Notes: a model not told the origin generated them from the sequence alone. Positions 25,401-40,400 are shown, counted from the first letter of the stretch. The stretch: 64,000 bases of DNA from Phoronis australis (GCA_002633005.1 NMRA01000156.1:708488-772487); one strand, 5' to 3'. Translations and numbers: made by a program.

Positions 25401-28400
25401 TCATACTTTCATTGCCACCCTCCCACCTTTGCAAGGAGCACAGTGACGCATTATATTGATGTAGACTACAGTACACGCTAAAACCATTCACCCAAATGAC
25501 TCTGAACTAACCGCTTTGGAAGACGAATTCATCATCGGTGTAGTCTTCCCTCATGACTGAGAATGAAAGACTTAACAACAAAGTTACATAGTAACAAAGG
25601 CGGCTAAACAATTTTTCCTCTATTTTTGCTGTTGAAACAATTAGCCGTCATGATTACTTTTGTCTTGTACTGTATGTTCTAGTTTGACAATTCTTCCTGT
25701 GATAGTATAATTATGTACAAAACACACAACTTTCACCTTTCATTAGGTTTTAAAATGTGACAACAGAACACCTTGAAATCCTAAACGTTACTCGCTTTAC
25801 AGAACCTCTGAAGGAAAAAATATATGGAGGGTCCCAAGGGTCAAACAGAGGGTGAAAGCAGCAGGTTCGCATTTCTACCATAATCCACGAGTCCCTTGAT
25901 TTTTTTTACACAGCCAACCTCCCTTGACAAGAAAATTGCCAGGACCATAGAGCTCCCTGTCTGGCCCTAGAGTCCCCTGTCAAGGCCCTTGAATCCCCTG
26001 TCGGGGCCCTAGTCTCCTCTATTTTTGAAGAAGGCTGCACCTGGAAACATGCGGTGGGTTTCGCCATATTTCATTTGGATCTGCTGATAAACTACACCTA
26101 CATGTTCAGTTTCCGTCACTGACAGGCGTTTTGTGCAGACGTGAAGAATGACACAGGCAGACAGTAAACCATGCTATATGGAGAAGACATTTCCTCATTC
26201 ACATCTAACGTTAATTATAACACCATAGAGCACACGACAAAAATAATCAAGACATAACGACCCAGAATTCCCCAGCCGTGACGACTGAGCATGGGTGAGA
26301 TCCCGTCATGATGGCTGGATGCAAGCAGAAGTAACCATCAGAGTGGCCAGAATGACCCCTCGTCAACAGGGCTATATCGATTACCTTTGGTGTGTACAAC
26401 ATGTATGTATACCACTAAACAAAAAATAGAGATAATGAAAAAGAAAAAACGCAATAAACCAGTATAATTAAATGAAATAACTTTTGACTGCCTTCAACAT
26501 CACAAAAGAAACAGGAAACATATTGAAATAATCTGCGTCAGTCATTGTTCTTGTATAATTTAATAGACTATTAGGTAAAGGCAAAGACCTCAGCCAATTA
26601 ACAATCACAGTACAAAGATCAATGACTTCTTACATTAGTGGCGTGTAAAGGTCAGTCACCTTTGCGGTGTCTAGGCCAGTCACGTTTGCCATGACAGAAA
26701 TTTTAGTTCAGATAAATGCATGCTGAGAACAACAGACAATGCCTTGTGGACTGTGCAAGATATTAAACAAATTGCTAAGACATAGCAAGGAGGCATTAGA
26801 TAGCATTAATCACCCCATTTCATGACTATTTTGTCAGAAGGAAGCAAATTTCAACTTTAAAATTATGTCAAAGCTTTTGCTTAAAGTTGCTTCACTTAAG
26901 TTTGATGAATAATATGCCTAAAATTCAAGTTAACACAACTTTTTGTACGCTTTACTTCAAACTGAATCATGATCCCCGTGTGTCCCTGTATTCCCCAATC
27001 ATAATCGCAGATCAGAGTTTTCTGGGGACCCCTATTAAATTTTTTGCTTCAATGTATAAGTAACAAGAAACTTCCATGGTTTAATTTGAATTTTGACCAT
27101 CTTATTCACCTTAATACTTTTAGCAGCTTTAAAACAAGGTCATGTTGATACCTGCCTCATCATGACACATGATAACAGTTACATCATCTGAACTTAGCCT
27201 TTTCCAACATAAGGAGGTACATTTTGTGTCGTATTTTCACACTGATCATCAGACAGATGATCAGACCTTCCATATCAGCTGTTTGAAATAACAAAAATGT
27301 GAGGGCTGTAAAAATTAAGGGTAGGAATTGCTTAGTAACTTGAACGAAATGGGATTTTCTACCCAATGGTCTTCAAACTTTTTTCATCTCGCGTCACCTG
27401 GCAGATTTTCTTATCCAGCTCATTATCCTATTAGGGCTGTTCCAGTAAAATCCGTGTGGGAGGGGGGGGGACGGCAGTAGAAATAAAAACTCATGGGTGG
27501 TGGTCTTAAGAAAAAAACTCAAATTATGGGTGGTCGTTCCTGTAAGAAGTGATGCATTAAATATGGGTGGTATTTTTTGATCTGTTAACGTTGACAGGTT
27601 CGTTAATTCAGCCAACACATCTCCAAAGAAATCAAAACTAAGAAAAAAGGCGATTGGCATATATCCCAACTTATCCCAATACAAAAAAGCCCATGTTGCC
27701 AGTGAACAGAGTGCAATATGTTCACTAAGCCATTAATCAAGTCATGGGCAACTTGATTTGAGCCAAGTGCTTGTCTGTAGTCCTATTGAATTGAAAAGTT
27801 ATGCAACACTAAACTGGTGTTAACACATATAAGAAAATTGATGATTTTTAAATACAAAGTATGAGGAGTAAGATAAACAAGTTCCAATATTCACTTGACG
27901 TAGAAGTATAAAAGAGTTTGTGGAGACAGATTGAGATTCATAGATCCTTATAATTGAAAAAATGTTCGTTGAAATTATAGACACATGGTGAACAGAGACA
28001 CCTGGTGGCTGCCAAAAGTATTGTTCACAGGCTACTTTAATTTTTGACAATATTGGACAAGACAACTAGTTCTTGTCTGTCAATCATCTAAGTTCTTAAC
28101 AGGTCCTCCTGGAGGCAATTTGTTTGCAAGTGTTGGATTTTATATTTTAACCTATTAAAAATAATTAAAAAATTATGGGTCATGGGTTGGAGAAATAAAT
28201 GAAAAATATGGGCGGTGGGTACGAAATAAAAGTGCCTTCCCCCTCTCCCATACAGATTTTGCTGGAACAGCCCTTATCTTTGTGAGCACCAACTGTGGTT
28301 AAGAAAACACCAAGACTGTGAACATTGCTGGCATTCAAGATTTCTCATGAGAAGTCCACTGGACACAGGTCTGCAAAAGGGGGGGTATTAGCCGTCTACG

Positions 28401-31400
28401 GAAAAAATTATATGGTCTTGCGCCAAAAGGGGCATTGTAGTTTCTACAGAATTTACCAAGGGTTCAAGATTTAAATATGCAACTTAAAAAATTAGATATT
28501 AATCGCAGAGAGAAAAGTGTCAAGCATTCACTTGTATAATTACTGTACAAGACAAAATCTGACTATTACTTTCGGCCATACCTCTCCGAAGCCGTGTCTG
28601 TAACCTTCTTCTTCACCACATCACACAAATGACGCACAAACTTGCGCTCCATGTAAGCAATTATCTTTGCCGGAGTCAGGTGGAAGTCGGCTTCGTACAT
28701 CTTGCGTGGCAGAAAGTGAAACCGCACACGGTACATACGACACCTATTGGACTTATTTAACATCGACAAGTACTCGCATACATTCACCTTTTCAAGAACC
28801 TAGAAAGGAACAATGAATCTTATTGTTCGTATCCCACAGAAAATTGCACGTTTTCAAATTAAAAAATCAGCAGTCGAAGTCCCCTACGCTGAAATAAGGG
28901 GCCCTGCCCGAAGACAGTCAAAGATTAGAGGGCCCTACATTAATATACGGACACCACCCGAAGGCAGCAAAAAAGCAGGGAACTTGTGTTAATATAGGGC
29001 CACCATGGGTCCTGTACATTAATATAGGTGCCCCCACTTGAAATTGAATTTCTTGACTATGACCTTCCAATTTTGGACAGGCGCTTTTTTCCTTTTTAAG
29101 AAGTGAAGTGAAGGTGTCCAAATGAGTGGAAGCACAGACTAGAACCAAAAAATGCATTTTTTGAACCAAAAATGTATTTTTTGCATAACTCCTGACTATT
29201 GTTCGACAAAATTCCATATCACTGCCTAGTAATGCAGTCACAAAAAGCACAAAGTATGACGAGTTTGACAAGGATCCTCAGAAACCTGTTCATTCCGAAC
29301 ACTACTATGAGAATAAAATGAGCATTTTTAGAAAATCAACACTATTTAACCTTCAACAAACTAGTTTTGCCTAATCATGAACTATCCACGAGCCGACTCC
29401 AAAGGGGGTCACACTCACCTGTGACAAAAAAACGCGGTTCAGCCTCTGTTTGAGTCGCTGAGCTTTGTCTAACACATTGCAGTGAACTGGCACATCCATG
29501 GCGGGCGTCTTGATGTTGGCACTGGCCACCATGAGAATTTCACGCAAGCGAGGGATGCCAAGCGTGACGTTCATTTCACCGCGACCGGCGAAATGGAATG
29601 TGTTCAGTGTCATCTGAGTCGACGGCTCACCGATAGACTGAAGCAAAAATGGGGGGTTAAGGACAGCGTACCCAAGATAAAGTATACCACTAATGGTAAG
29701 TTCATATCGATACATTTCCGGCAGCTGCGGTAAGCACATTGATTATATCATGCGAAACAGGATGGTCATGGATGAGGCAGGACAGGCCGTGATCGACGTG
29801 GATGCAATACTTGAATACAGAAACAAAACAACCTCAATCTCACAACATGAGAGGCGCTGTCATGGTTTTCAGCAAAATGAAGTAAACCTAACTTAAGGTT
29901 GTGTAGTGCTTTATTAACAAATCAGTGTATTGAGCCAAATACTTTCAAAACTATAGATTTTAACAAAAATAGTTCTATTCTGCAAGTTGAAAACCTGTAG
30001 AATTTGACTGTTGAGTTTATACCACTGATTGGATCACGTGACCATGTTTTAGTAAAATTAAGCGAAAAAATGCACATTCATAGAACACTGGTGTCAAGAA
30101 AACAGGGTGAATTTTGTTTGAACGAGACAAATTTTCAAAATCCTAACTATTCGTAGTATTCAAATATATTGTAACGTGTACTTGCAATTATTCCTAAGAA
30201 ATTGCTTGCTTCGGTGGCTTGCTTCCTACTGTGCTGTCGACCTCAGATTCGGAGTACAGTCACGCATAATAATGTGCCGTCAATATCCATCTTGTCAGTC
30301 AGCCGTTTGCCGAATGACTGTGAGCGCATGCGCACATTTATCACATGTGGGAGGGTGATCAGAAACTCTGTGGTGACTACAGAGTTTTTCCTTAGGGCTG
30401 TTCCAGCAAAATCTGTATGGGAGGGGGGGGAAGGCACTTTTATTTCGTACCCACCGCCCATATTTTTCATTTATTTCTCCAACCCATGACCCATAATTTT
30501 TTAATTATTTTTAATAGGTTGAAACATAAAATCCAACACTTGCAAACAAATCGCCTCCAGGAGGACCTGTTAAGAACTTAGATGATTGACAGATAAGAAC
30601 TAGTTGTCTTGTCCAATATTGTCAAAAACTAAAGTAGCCTGTGAGCAATACTTTTGGCAGCCACCAGGTGTCTCTGTTCACCATGTGTCTATAATTTCAA
30701 CGAACATTTTTTCAATTATAAGGATCTATGAATCTCNNNNNNNNNNNNNNNNNNNNNNNNNNNNNNNNNNNNNNNNNNNNNNNNNNNNNNNNNNNNNNNN
30801 NNNNNNNNNNNNNNNNNNNNNNNNNNNNNNNNNNNNNNNNNNNNNNNNNNNNNNNNNNNNNNNNNNNNNNNNNNNNNNNNNNNNNNNNNNNNNNNNNNNN
30901 NNNNNNNNNNNNNNNNNNNNNNNNNNNNNNNNNNNNNNNNNNNNNNNNNNNNNNNNNNNNNNNNNNNNNNNNNNNNNNNNNNNNNNNNNNNNNNNNNNNN
31001 NNNNNNNNNNNNNNNNNNNNNNNNNNNNNNNNNNNNNNNNNNNNNNNNNNNNNNNNNNNNNNNNNNNNNNNNNNNNNNNNNNNNNNNNNNNNNNNNNNNN
31101 NNNNNNNNNNNNNNNNNNNNNNNNNNNNNNNNNNNNNNNNNNNNNNNNNNNNNNNNNNNNNNNNNNNNNNNNNNNNNNNNNNNNNNNNNNNNNNNNNNNN
31201 NNNNNNNNNNGGTGGGTACGAAATAAAAGTGCCTTCCCCCCCCCTCCCACACAGATTTTACTGGAACAGCCCTTAATGCGAATTTCAAAAATCGTGAATT
31301 TTGTGATTTTTTTGGAAATTTACTCACGGGGGGGAAGTAAATAACCCTGTATTAGATGTTGCCAGATGATAATTTCGGCAGAAACTGTTCAAAGGATATT

Positions 31401-34400
31401 TTTGACGAGCTTTCTTGTTCCATGCCTCTATAAAGCTGCATTTTGCCCTGTTCAGCTGAATAAAACAAATCAAATTAAGCCTTCTACTAGCATAAAATCG
31501 GTCTCACAGTATTCCTCTTCTTGACAGTATTCTATTTTGCAAACAACTCAAGTCACTGGCAATGTGAAACGCTTGGATGTGTTTGTATAATTTTAGGGCT
31601 GGTTAACTAATAACAATCTCTCGTGACTTTCCTTCAGTCGCTGACCATTTCAATGTTCTTGTCGGTAATGGAAATAGAATCACATCATGGTAAGAAATGT
31701 TATCAGACCACTTTTATAACAGTAAAAGGCCTTAATTGATTTTCGGTTTTAGCCAGGCCAAAACGGGGGCAAAACGCAGCTTTTACGTTCAAGAATGTCA
31801 TGAAATCAGAATGTAATCTAAATTTAAGGTAGTCAATCCTACACTTGCAAGGCAAAGCATAATTCAACCCAAGAGAAATCCAGTTGCCACTTGTACACAT
31901 ACTTGAGCTGCCAAAAGGCCAACAGCTTCACCAGGTTCGACAAGTGAGCGTAAGTAGCGTAGGTTCACTAATGTCCTGAATCTATCCACCGACGTCTGGC
32001 CGGGAGACAGATGAATACCATCTGGCTGTAACAACTGAAATGACAAATTGGCAACTACATTTCCGATATTAAAACTGGCGCAGGCTGAAAGTTACGAGCT
32101 CAGCCCTCCGTCTCAAACGCAATTGAGCTAAGCACATAGACCACGTCAAGGTGCAAAATAAGACCCATAAAACGAATTGGCACACATCACTGACAGCTTT
32201 AATTTTGTTAGCGGGTATCAGGCACAGAGCATGTAACTACAGCTGCAATTATCCTCTTACCTCACACAAAAATTTGAAAATTGTCATTTTCCGAGGTTTT
32301 TGTAAATAATAGGAGCTTTACCAAATGTTGTTTTACGACGTTTCAACAATGCAAACCAAGCAAAAAATTCTATGCTTTTGTGAAAAAATTGACAAAGTAA
32401 AAAAAATTGATACTGTCCGCCATAGTTAGTACTAAATCGGTGAAGAATTAGAGTGGGTTACTGGATCTTGAGACATCAGGCTGAGTAGCTCTTGGTCTGC
32501 GCCAGGCCTTACAGAATTTACAACTTTCTACACTTTAAATCAATGATGGTACCGTTGCACACTCCATACAGTGATGAGGACCGAGAAAGCAGCCAAACAA
32601 CTAGAGCAGGTGGCCTGTCCAACTTCAGTCGGCCGGAACAAAAATGACATAATGTGCAGTGAAACGAGCTAACTGAACATTGTGTCATTTGACACAGTCG
32701 ATACAGATGACAACAAGTTCAAAGGTTAGGACAACAAGTTCAAAGGTTAACTGTAGTGGGCAACTACAAGCTTTCACCGCGCGAGTTTAGTGACAACAGT
32801 CCGACTCCAAGTAAAAAGGGCCACTCACTGGTGAGGTCACGAGTTCAATGCTTGGTCTTGACAAAGTATTGTTCTCAACGCTCTCAGTGGGGTGTATTTT
32901 CAGATCTCCATGAAATCACCACTTCCTCATTAGGTCGAGGAAGAAGCACTACAGAGTGCAAGACAAAATAGTGCAATTGGTCGGAAACCGTGACCATGCC
33001 TCCAAGTTCCAGGGACCAGAGGCTGCTTGCATGAAACAGTCACAAAAGGGACTCGGCAATCTTCCCAAAATTTTCAGAGCATTTGTGCACTTCGTCTGAA
33101 GTTAACACTGGATGCCCTTTCCTATGCAACTTTATCTTGAGTGCTATGTCAAGTTATAGCTTTGATAAATCCTGAGAGTGAAATGTGCTGAAAATTGTCG
33201 AACATAGTAGAGTCTGTTGGGGACTATAAATGCAACCATCCAGATTCCTCAGCCTACGGACCATTTTTGACACGTGTGTGTAATTAGAGGTGCAGGTCTT
33301 AAGATTTGTACCACTGCTTAGGTGTTTGCAGGGTTTAGAGGAACGGAGCTTGAATAAGAAGACTCAGCCACAACATCTTTTCCACCCCTTCATGCAAACA
33401 CCAAAAGGTCAGCATAATCTTGGAATGGACAATGATTTCAAAATGCAAATAATTATGTTTACACCGTAATGAATTTTTATCCGATTTATGGTTCCCACCT
33501 TATCTGGGTTTTCACGGATGTAGGCCTCCATGGAGTCAGCCATATTTTCTGAAATGGCACCAAAATGTCCGAAAGTAGATATGCGTGACAGCACCGGGTT
33601 AGGACAGCGAGTGCATTTCTTCGATAATCTAAAACAAAAACACATACTGGATCAGTTAAAATATTGAACACACCGTACACGGCTGAACGCCTTCCCTAGA
33701 ACGATCGATTAAGAACACCCAAGTTTTGGAGGATTGGCTTAAAGTCCATCTACAAATTATAGCTGCCTGCATTGAATGTAAGCAAACAAGCTTTGGTGTG
33801 TACCGACACCAGACCTTTGACATTGTTGCGCCTTTGCCCTGGATGTCCATTTCACAGTAAGCATGATGTAAATAATCTCTAACTTGTTTGCGCCACCATT
33901 TAGACTAATCATTTCCTTGGTTGAAAATTTGACAAGACATGCAACAACAACAACAATTTTTGGTTTCTGTGATAGCCGACACATGAAACTCGGGGATTAC
34001 ACTTGTGGCCGCCACTTCAGGGTTAAGAACTCAAACAACACCTGCCTAATGTATAGACTATGTATAAGTCAGTTTTCAAAGAGTCATGTCTGGATTGGGT
34101 AATTTAAAAATTTAACAAATTACCTCAACAGATGTTAAGTAAACTAGGTTGGGTATTAAATGGAGCATGGGGGTGTTCAAAAGTGAATACTGGAGAGTTT
34201 GGAATGTTCGGTCAATTTGGGAATATTCTGAAAGAAATTTGAACCTTTCTAATGAATTTTTATTAAAACAAATTGAACAATTCTTCAAACCAGAAAAATG
34301 ACCCTGTGGGCACTCAATGGGAAATTTGGAGTGAAATTAGTGGCGCCCTCATCTGGAAAAGTCTACCCAAATAATACCCTATCCTTCTGTCTGGTCTTTT

Positions 34401-37400
34401 TAAAATCAGGCCAGTATTCATACGTCATGCACAGAATTGTCACGATATTATATTGTGCAAAAAAAGTGATATCCCATCTCATTTTTGTACCTCCTTAATC
34501 CAAAATTTCACCCCATATTGTACCAAAATGGTGAAATACCAATCCAAAGCTATGCCAAAAACTTGAAAATGGAAACCATGTGAATGGTAAGTTTACTATG
34601 CCAGTTTATGTATCAAAACTAATAGCAATTTCAATTTGATAACCGGCAGGAGACTGAGTGGTCAGATACCATATTCAGCGGTTCTACACATCCAAACAGT
34701 GGCTTGAAATTGAAAACATTGAGCCACATTCAAATTGCTAATGGACTTTTTTTACCAAAAAGTGACTTGAACAAAGCCCTATTGTGTTATCTTTTCACCA
34801 CAGACGATATGTACACGAGCGTCTTCGATGATTGCCGATCAGAAACTCCTATTTTGTGAATTAAAAAATGAAGTAAGACCTTCTACAGATGTGTCACCAT
34901 CCTGTCAGTGGTGAACGCAAAGTTTTCTTTGGAAAACAATTCAATTTAAAATAAAACACTGTGGAAATCTAACCAAACCATGCCAGTGGTCTGCTTACCA
35001 ATTTACTCAATCATTGTTCTACACACAAACAATGGCTTGAGCAAAGAAAACGAGGATGGGATTCAGTCACGTCTCAAATAGCTTAGGAACAACGTTTTTA
35101 CTAAAAGTGGCCTGAAGAACATCTGATTATTACTGGGCCCTGACCAATGTTTTTGAGCATCTTCAATGACTTCCAATCAGAAATTTTTCTATTTTGTGAG
35201 TGAAATTTCAAATGAAAAATCAAAGAGAGAATTTTTGCCGATGAGTCACCAATTCAGAACTGGCAAGTTTTCTTTGCGGTCACACGAGAGCACTGTGATG
35301 GAAGTTACTGTAAAATCTGACACATGTGTCAGCCAAGTATGTGCACGCCAATTAATATCTGTATTTTGCAAGGATAAAGACATGGGTCGTGTGACACTTG
35401 GCCCCATTTTACAAGCACCCATTTCTGACACCACTGCTCTCAGGACTTGGCTTGAACAAAGGCAAGGGTTTCAGCCATTCGCCACAATTATCAGTCCAAT
35501 GGAAAAGTAAGAGAACATAGTTCTTGGACAGGTTGTTTTCTTAATTTGCTCACTACCTCACAATAAAACTACTTTGAGATGGAAGTGATGAGGTAACATA
35601 ATTATAAAAACTATTCTTAAGTTACACCAACCTTATATTTGCACGACCCTTCTGTGCATTTCAAATATTGGCATGACATTTCGGTTGGTTATTTCTCCGG
35701 CCATCTTTAGAAGTTAAAGCGTTCTCAGAATAATGAGCATGGGTGTATGGTACTCATGGGTGTATGGCACTCATGGGTGTATGGTACACTCATGGGTGTA
35801 TGGTACACTCATGGGTGTATGGTACACTCATGGGTGTATGGTACACTCATGGTGTATGGTACACTCATGGTGTATGGTACACTCATGGTGGTCAACGATG
35901 AGCTTTTATTTTCTCTTGGTGTAAGTTAGGGTTGAACTCGGTACCATTAGATTGTCACAGCACAACTCTAGCCACTACAGCACAACTCTAGCCACTACAG
36001 CACAACTCTAGCCACTACAGCACAACTCTAGCCACTACAGCACAACTCTAGCCACTACAGCACAACTCTAGCAACTACAGCTACAAAACCAGGTTCAACC
36101 CCAGCTTATACAAAAGCAACAGTAAAAAGTGACTAACATGAGTGTAACATACACCCGTGCTCGGTCACAGAAATGACAAAGTTGCAAAATGCTGTGCAAA
36201 TTGCAGGGCTTGGAATGACCCACGACAAAAAAGCGGAAAATTTTACAGCGCTAAACATGCGTGCACCCAGCCTTGAAAATGGGGGGCTCAAATTTTTGCT
36301 GATGTGGACCTTTTGCCGACAAAACACCGTCGGAAGGACTAGAAAAAAAAGGTACCACCTCCAGACCTGTGCGTCGGCGTCTTTTTAGCTCGTCTGTCCG
36401 CTCCCACCTCCACACATTTTTGGCTGCAGAGTTGCAGTATTTGTCACCGCGATTTACAATCTCACGAGACGCCATTGAAGAAAACCACGCTATCCCAGGT
36501 GCCCCGGCAATGATGACAATTTACGTTCCTCCGAAACATAAAGAGCAACTTCCGCTTTTCGAGGTGAAAGTCGTCAGCAACGCCACAGTAAGAAGGAAAT
36601 TTGCCACGGAAATTTTATATCAAATCCGATTTTTTTTACGTGGAAATATAATAAAATACGTGGAGAGAACATTTCATGCTATAAACAGTCCCACTAAATA
36701 AGATTGGTCCTAACACCGCTTGTCAAGGTAAACGGTGGGGTATGGAAAATTGAACTAGACCGTATTTATCCACCTTGGCTGAGTCGAGCTCGGCTCACGA
36801 TCAAAGGGATGCCGCGAAGCTGCTCTATTCATCGAGTCACGAGCGAGGATAATTAGTTTCACTCATGCGGATATGATCAGCTGATTACAATCTACTTAGC
36901 AGACTGTACTTTTTATGGAGAGAGTTTTAAGTAGTTTTTACTGTAATATTTGAAAAGAGGAGCGAAAACAAATATGAGTACAACTTTGAATTTTTCAAAT
37001 CGGCCCAGGATAAGAGATTTTGCAACACAGCAACACTCATGATTACTTTCAAACAGCGCGCACGAATACAAAAATATAGGACCTAAGTTATTTAGATTTT
37101 GGAACACATGCATTGCAATATTCAAAATAAATTTATTATGAATCTCACAAGCTGTAAAATGACGTTGTTTAATTTCATTGTGCTCATTCATTGTCATCCG
37201 TCAAATCGGCAATTTCCGAGATGTGATCTGCGGCGTGCGCGTATGTGTACAAAACACGTGATTGTTATGTTCCTGAAGTACGAAAATTAAGAAACTTTAT
37301 CATGCCATTATTATTGACAGGGACACGATAAAACGAATTTGGATTTTGACTATAGTCTTGATACAGCGAGCTGGCTGACCACTGCGTCAGTGTCTCCGTT

Positions 37401-40400
37401 AGACCCAGAAATTTCACACAGCCCGGGTAGTTCACTTCGTCCCCAACATGTAGATCGAGCCTTGGACTATTAATACTCCACGGTAGAGCTAACGACCGTC
37501 GGCCTGTGCACACAAACTCTGTGAGTTAACCAGCACTCACCTTGCATGTTGCAGCCATTTAAATGAAAAAACAATCTAGTAAACACCATTTTCCTGCATA
37601 ATCCTCCGCCTTTTGTAACAAAAAAGTCTATTGTCGATGACCCACAAACGCACTCTCCGGCACTCACTCTCACACGCAGACGAACTTCAAAACAAACGTC
37701 ACGTGACAACAACATGTGTGTTCATCCAGAGATTTTTCTGGTGTTGTGGGGTACGATGTAGCACAGATCTGGACTTAATCGCAATTAATCTGGAATCCAC
37801 ATGAACTTTAAAAATTGTAAAACATAAGGAAGATTTCAAGTAATTTGGTAATTTGTTGAGTCGAAACTATATTTTTATTGAAGAGTTCAAGCTTTCCTAT
37901 TGACGATGGTGAATCAGCGACGCATCAGTCGGCAAGTTTTCACCCTGTGATGAGCACAATTTTTTGAAAAATTATCGTAATTTAACAACAGAAGTTCATA
38001 GCAATGCACCACAATTTTGTAGAAAGACAGTCATAAGCTACAAATACGTCACAGAGCGTAAATTTGATGAATCCTAGCTTCCGATTTTACCTGTTTGGGA
38101 AACTGGGTTTCAACTGCGGTAGGCTACAATAAGAATCCCCTCCCTGTGAAATGAATTTTTCTAAGCCTTTATTAGAGCCAATACACTATAGAGCTTTCCA
38201 CCAAAGCTAGGTGATGCTACAACATTATTCTTTGTTGCATTAGTAACTGGTCTTGGCTAATTATCATTTTATGGCCTGGTCATCCATTCAGCCCAAAGTA
38301 GTTCCAGAGGTGGCTTATCAGCCAATTATTCACGCATGCTGACTCACAATAGAAGCCTGATAAGAGTGAAGGTGGATAAATGCAGTGTTCCTACAGTTTC
38401 TTGTGCTAGTGGATGTGTTCATGACATGTTTGAAAAAAGCAGAAATCTGCGCTTCTGCGGAAAATTCCAAGCCCTGAAATTGTAAATGAGCTAAAAATTA
38501 ACATAAATTGATCAAGGAAGGATGTGAATATCTACCCATAATGACTTGTAATTACTATGCTAATGATTCACACTTACATAAGGCTCGCCTGACTAATTTT
38601 AGCTCTCTAATGACGACATAAAGACAGGGTTGGCAAAAAAATGTCATCAATTCTGATTGTACACAATCATTGTTGCAAACTTGATTGAAAACACGACTTT
38701 CTGTTGTACAACTTGATGTACACTCGCTCATACTCTCAGTGCACTTTCTGATCTTCTGGCGTACAGTTGCAAAGTAAATTGCCAATAGACATTACATGCA
38801 AAGCAAGCTGCTGATGGTCGAATACAACAGCATGAATTATCTATTTGGTACTACGAGACTTCAAATTTTTTTTCACTACCAGGTAAACGCTTCAATAATT
38901 AATGACATCTTACGTAGGTTTAATAATTGCTGTATGGCATTATACTTAGAAATCTCGAAACTCTTGAGAAATGCGTGCATTGTTTACCCCCTGTCTATTC
39001 ACCATAAACTGTGTCTCAGAACCACAGTTACATGAAGTTCAAGTTCCCATATGCAGTGCATTTCTTTGAATTTCCCAACGAATATTTGCCTCCAGAGCCT
39101 ACATGGTATGCGGACTGTTGGCTCAGACGCTCTCTTTTGGATAGCTCCCAAGGAAGAAGCTAGCAGAGGAAAGATCAAGGAAGTGTTCTGGCCATGCATT
39201 ACCCATCAACACTGACCGTATGTGGAAATGAGGAGGAGGAGACTTATCACAGCTCTGAGTTAGTAGGAAGTTGCCATGAAATGCTGTCTTTTATCAGCAA
39301 GATGGCGCAACCTCACACTGCTCGAAAGCTTTATTATACAATCTCCAATGGTTTTCCCTGGAGAGAGGCTTAGCACACTCCCTTCATCTTGCTTGCTATT
39401 TCCTTCAGGGCTATCTAATTGCAAGATTCTATGGCAACAATCCACAAATGATGGAGGCAAACATTCAAATTCTACTGGTGTGACCGTGTTATCATGAACT
39501 TCAAAGTGTGCGTAGCAATGGTGATTTGACTAAGTTGTCTTACAAAAGATAATTCAAAATCGCGCAGAATTGCACTGATTAGGCCAAACAGTTCTCCTCC
39601 CAATAATTAACGAGAGCAATGCAAAGCGTTGAAATGCACCCACGACTGCAGCGCAAACAGTGTGCTTCTAGGGGGTGTACTTAGTACCCAAAAATGGCCA
39701 CTAGATGGCACAGAATACATTGAACCATCCAAACATGGGAAGCTGTCATCGTCACTCAAAGATATTTGCCAAATTCCATGAAAATCCATCTAAAATCTCT
39801 AAATATACAATCTTAAGGCAAACTGCCTCTAGGGACCATGGCCACAGCTGCAAAATATGCACTAGGAGGCACCACAGCAGTTGGCCCCATACAAAAATTG
39901 TCGGCTGCCCTCTTCCCAGAAAGAACAAATACAGCAAATTTCACAATTGTCCTAAGAGTGGTTTAACTAAAAACAAACTTAAATCTAATAAAAACAGCGA
40001 CTAGGTGTGTAAAATCCATCTGGAAAGGGAAAGATTTCATTGCTAAGCACCAAAGATATCGAAGAAAACAAAATAAAATAACAAAGGTCCTGCAGAGGGT
40101 TTAAGAGATACAGTCACTGACTTAAAAAACTGTCCCTAAGAGGAGCCACTGTAGTTGGAGCTGTCTGAAGACCATGGTAAGCAATCCTTTTCTCAGTAGG
40201 AACACATACCACAAATTTCATAATCATCCATCAAGTAGTTTGGCGAATAAATGGGGCACATGGCAAAAAACAGGATCGAAAACAGTAAGAAAAGGCCACT
40301 AGGTGTTGCAAAGTACACCAAACCCTTCCGAAAACGAGAACATCTCGTCATTTCTTTAATAGAAGCCTATTTACCATATTGCATAAAAATCCATCCAGGA

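Noticed and set aside
27150-27270. Intronic box C/D snoRNA on the POLR1A strand
   Set aside because: A box C-like ATGATGA is present, but I found no suitably placed box D or terminal stem.
30604-31344. Long ORFs containing X runs
   Set aside because: Artefacts of the 474-N gap inside a MITE.
32565-32610. Additional hammerhead (GTGATGAGGACCGAGAAAGCAGCCAAAC)
   Set aside because: Both core boxes deviate and helix II does not pair convincingly.
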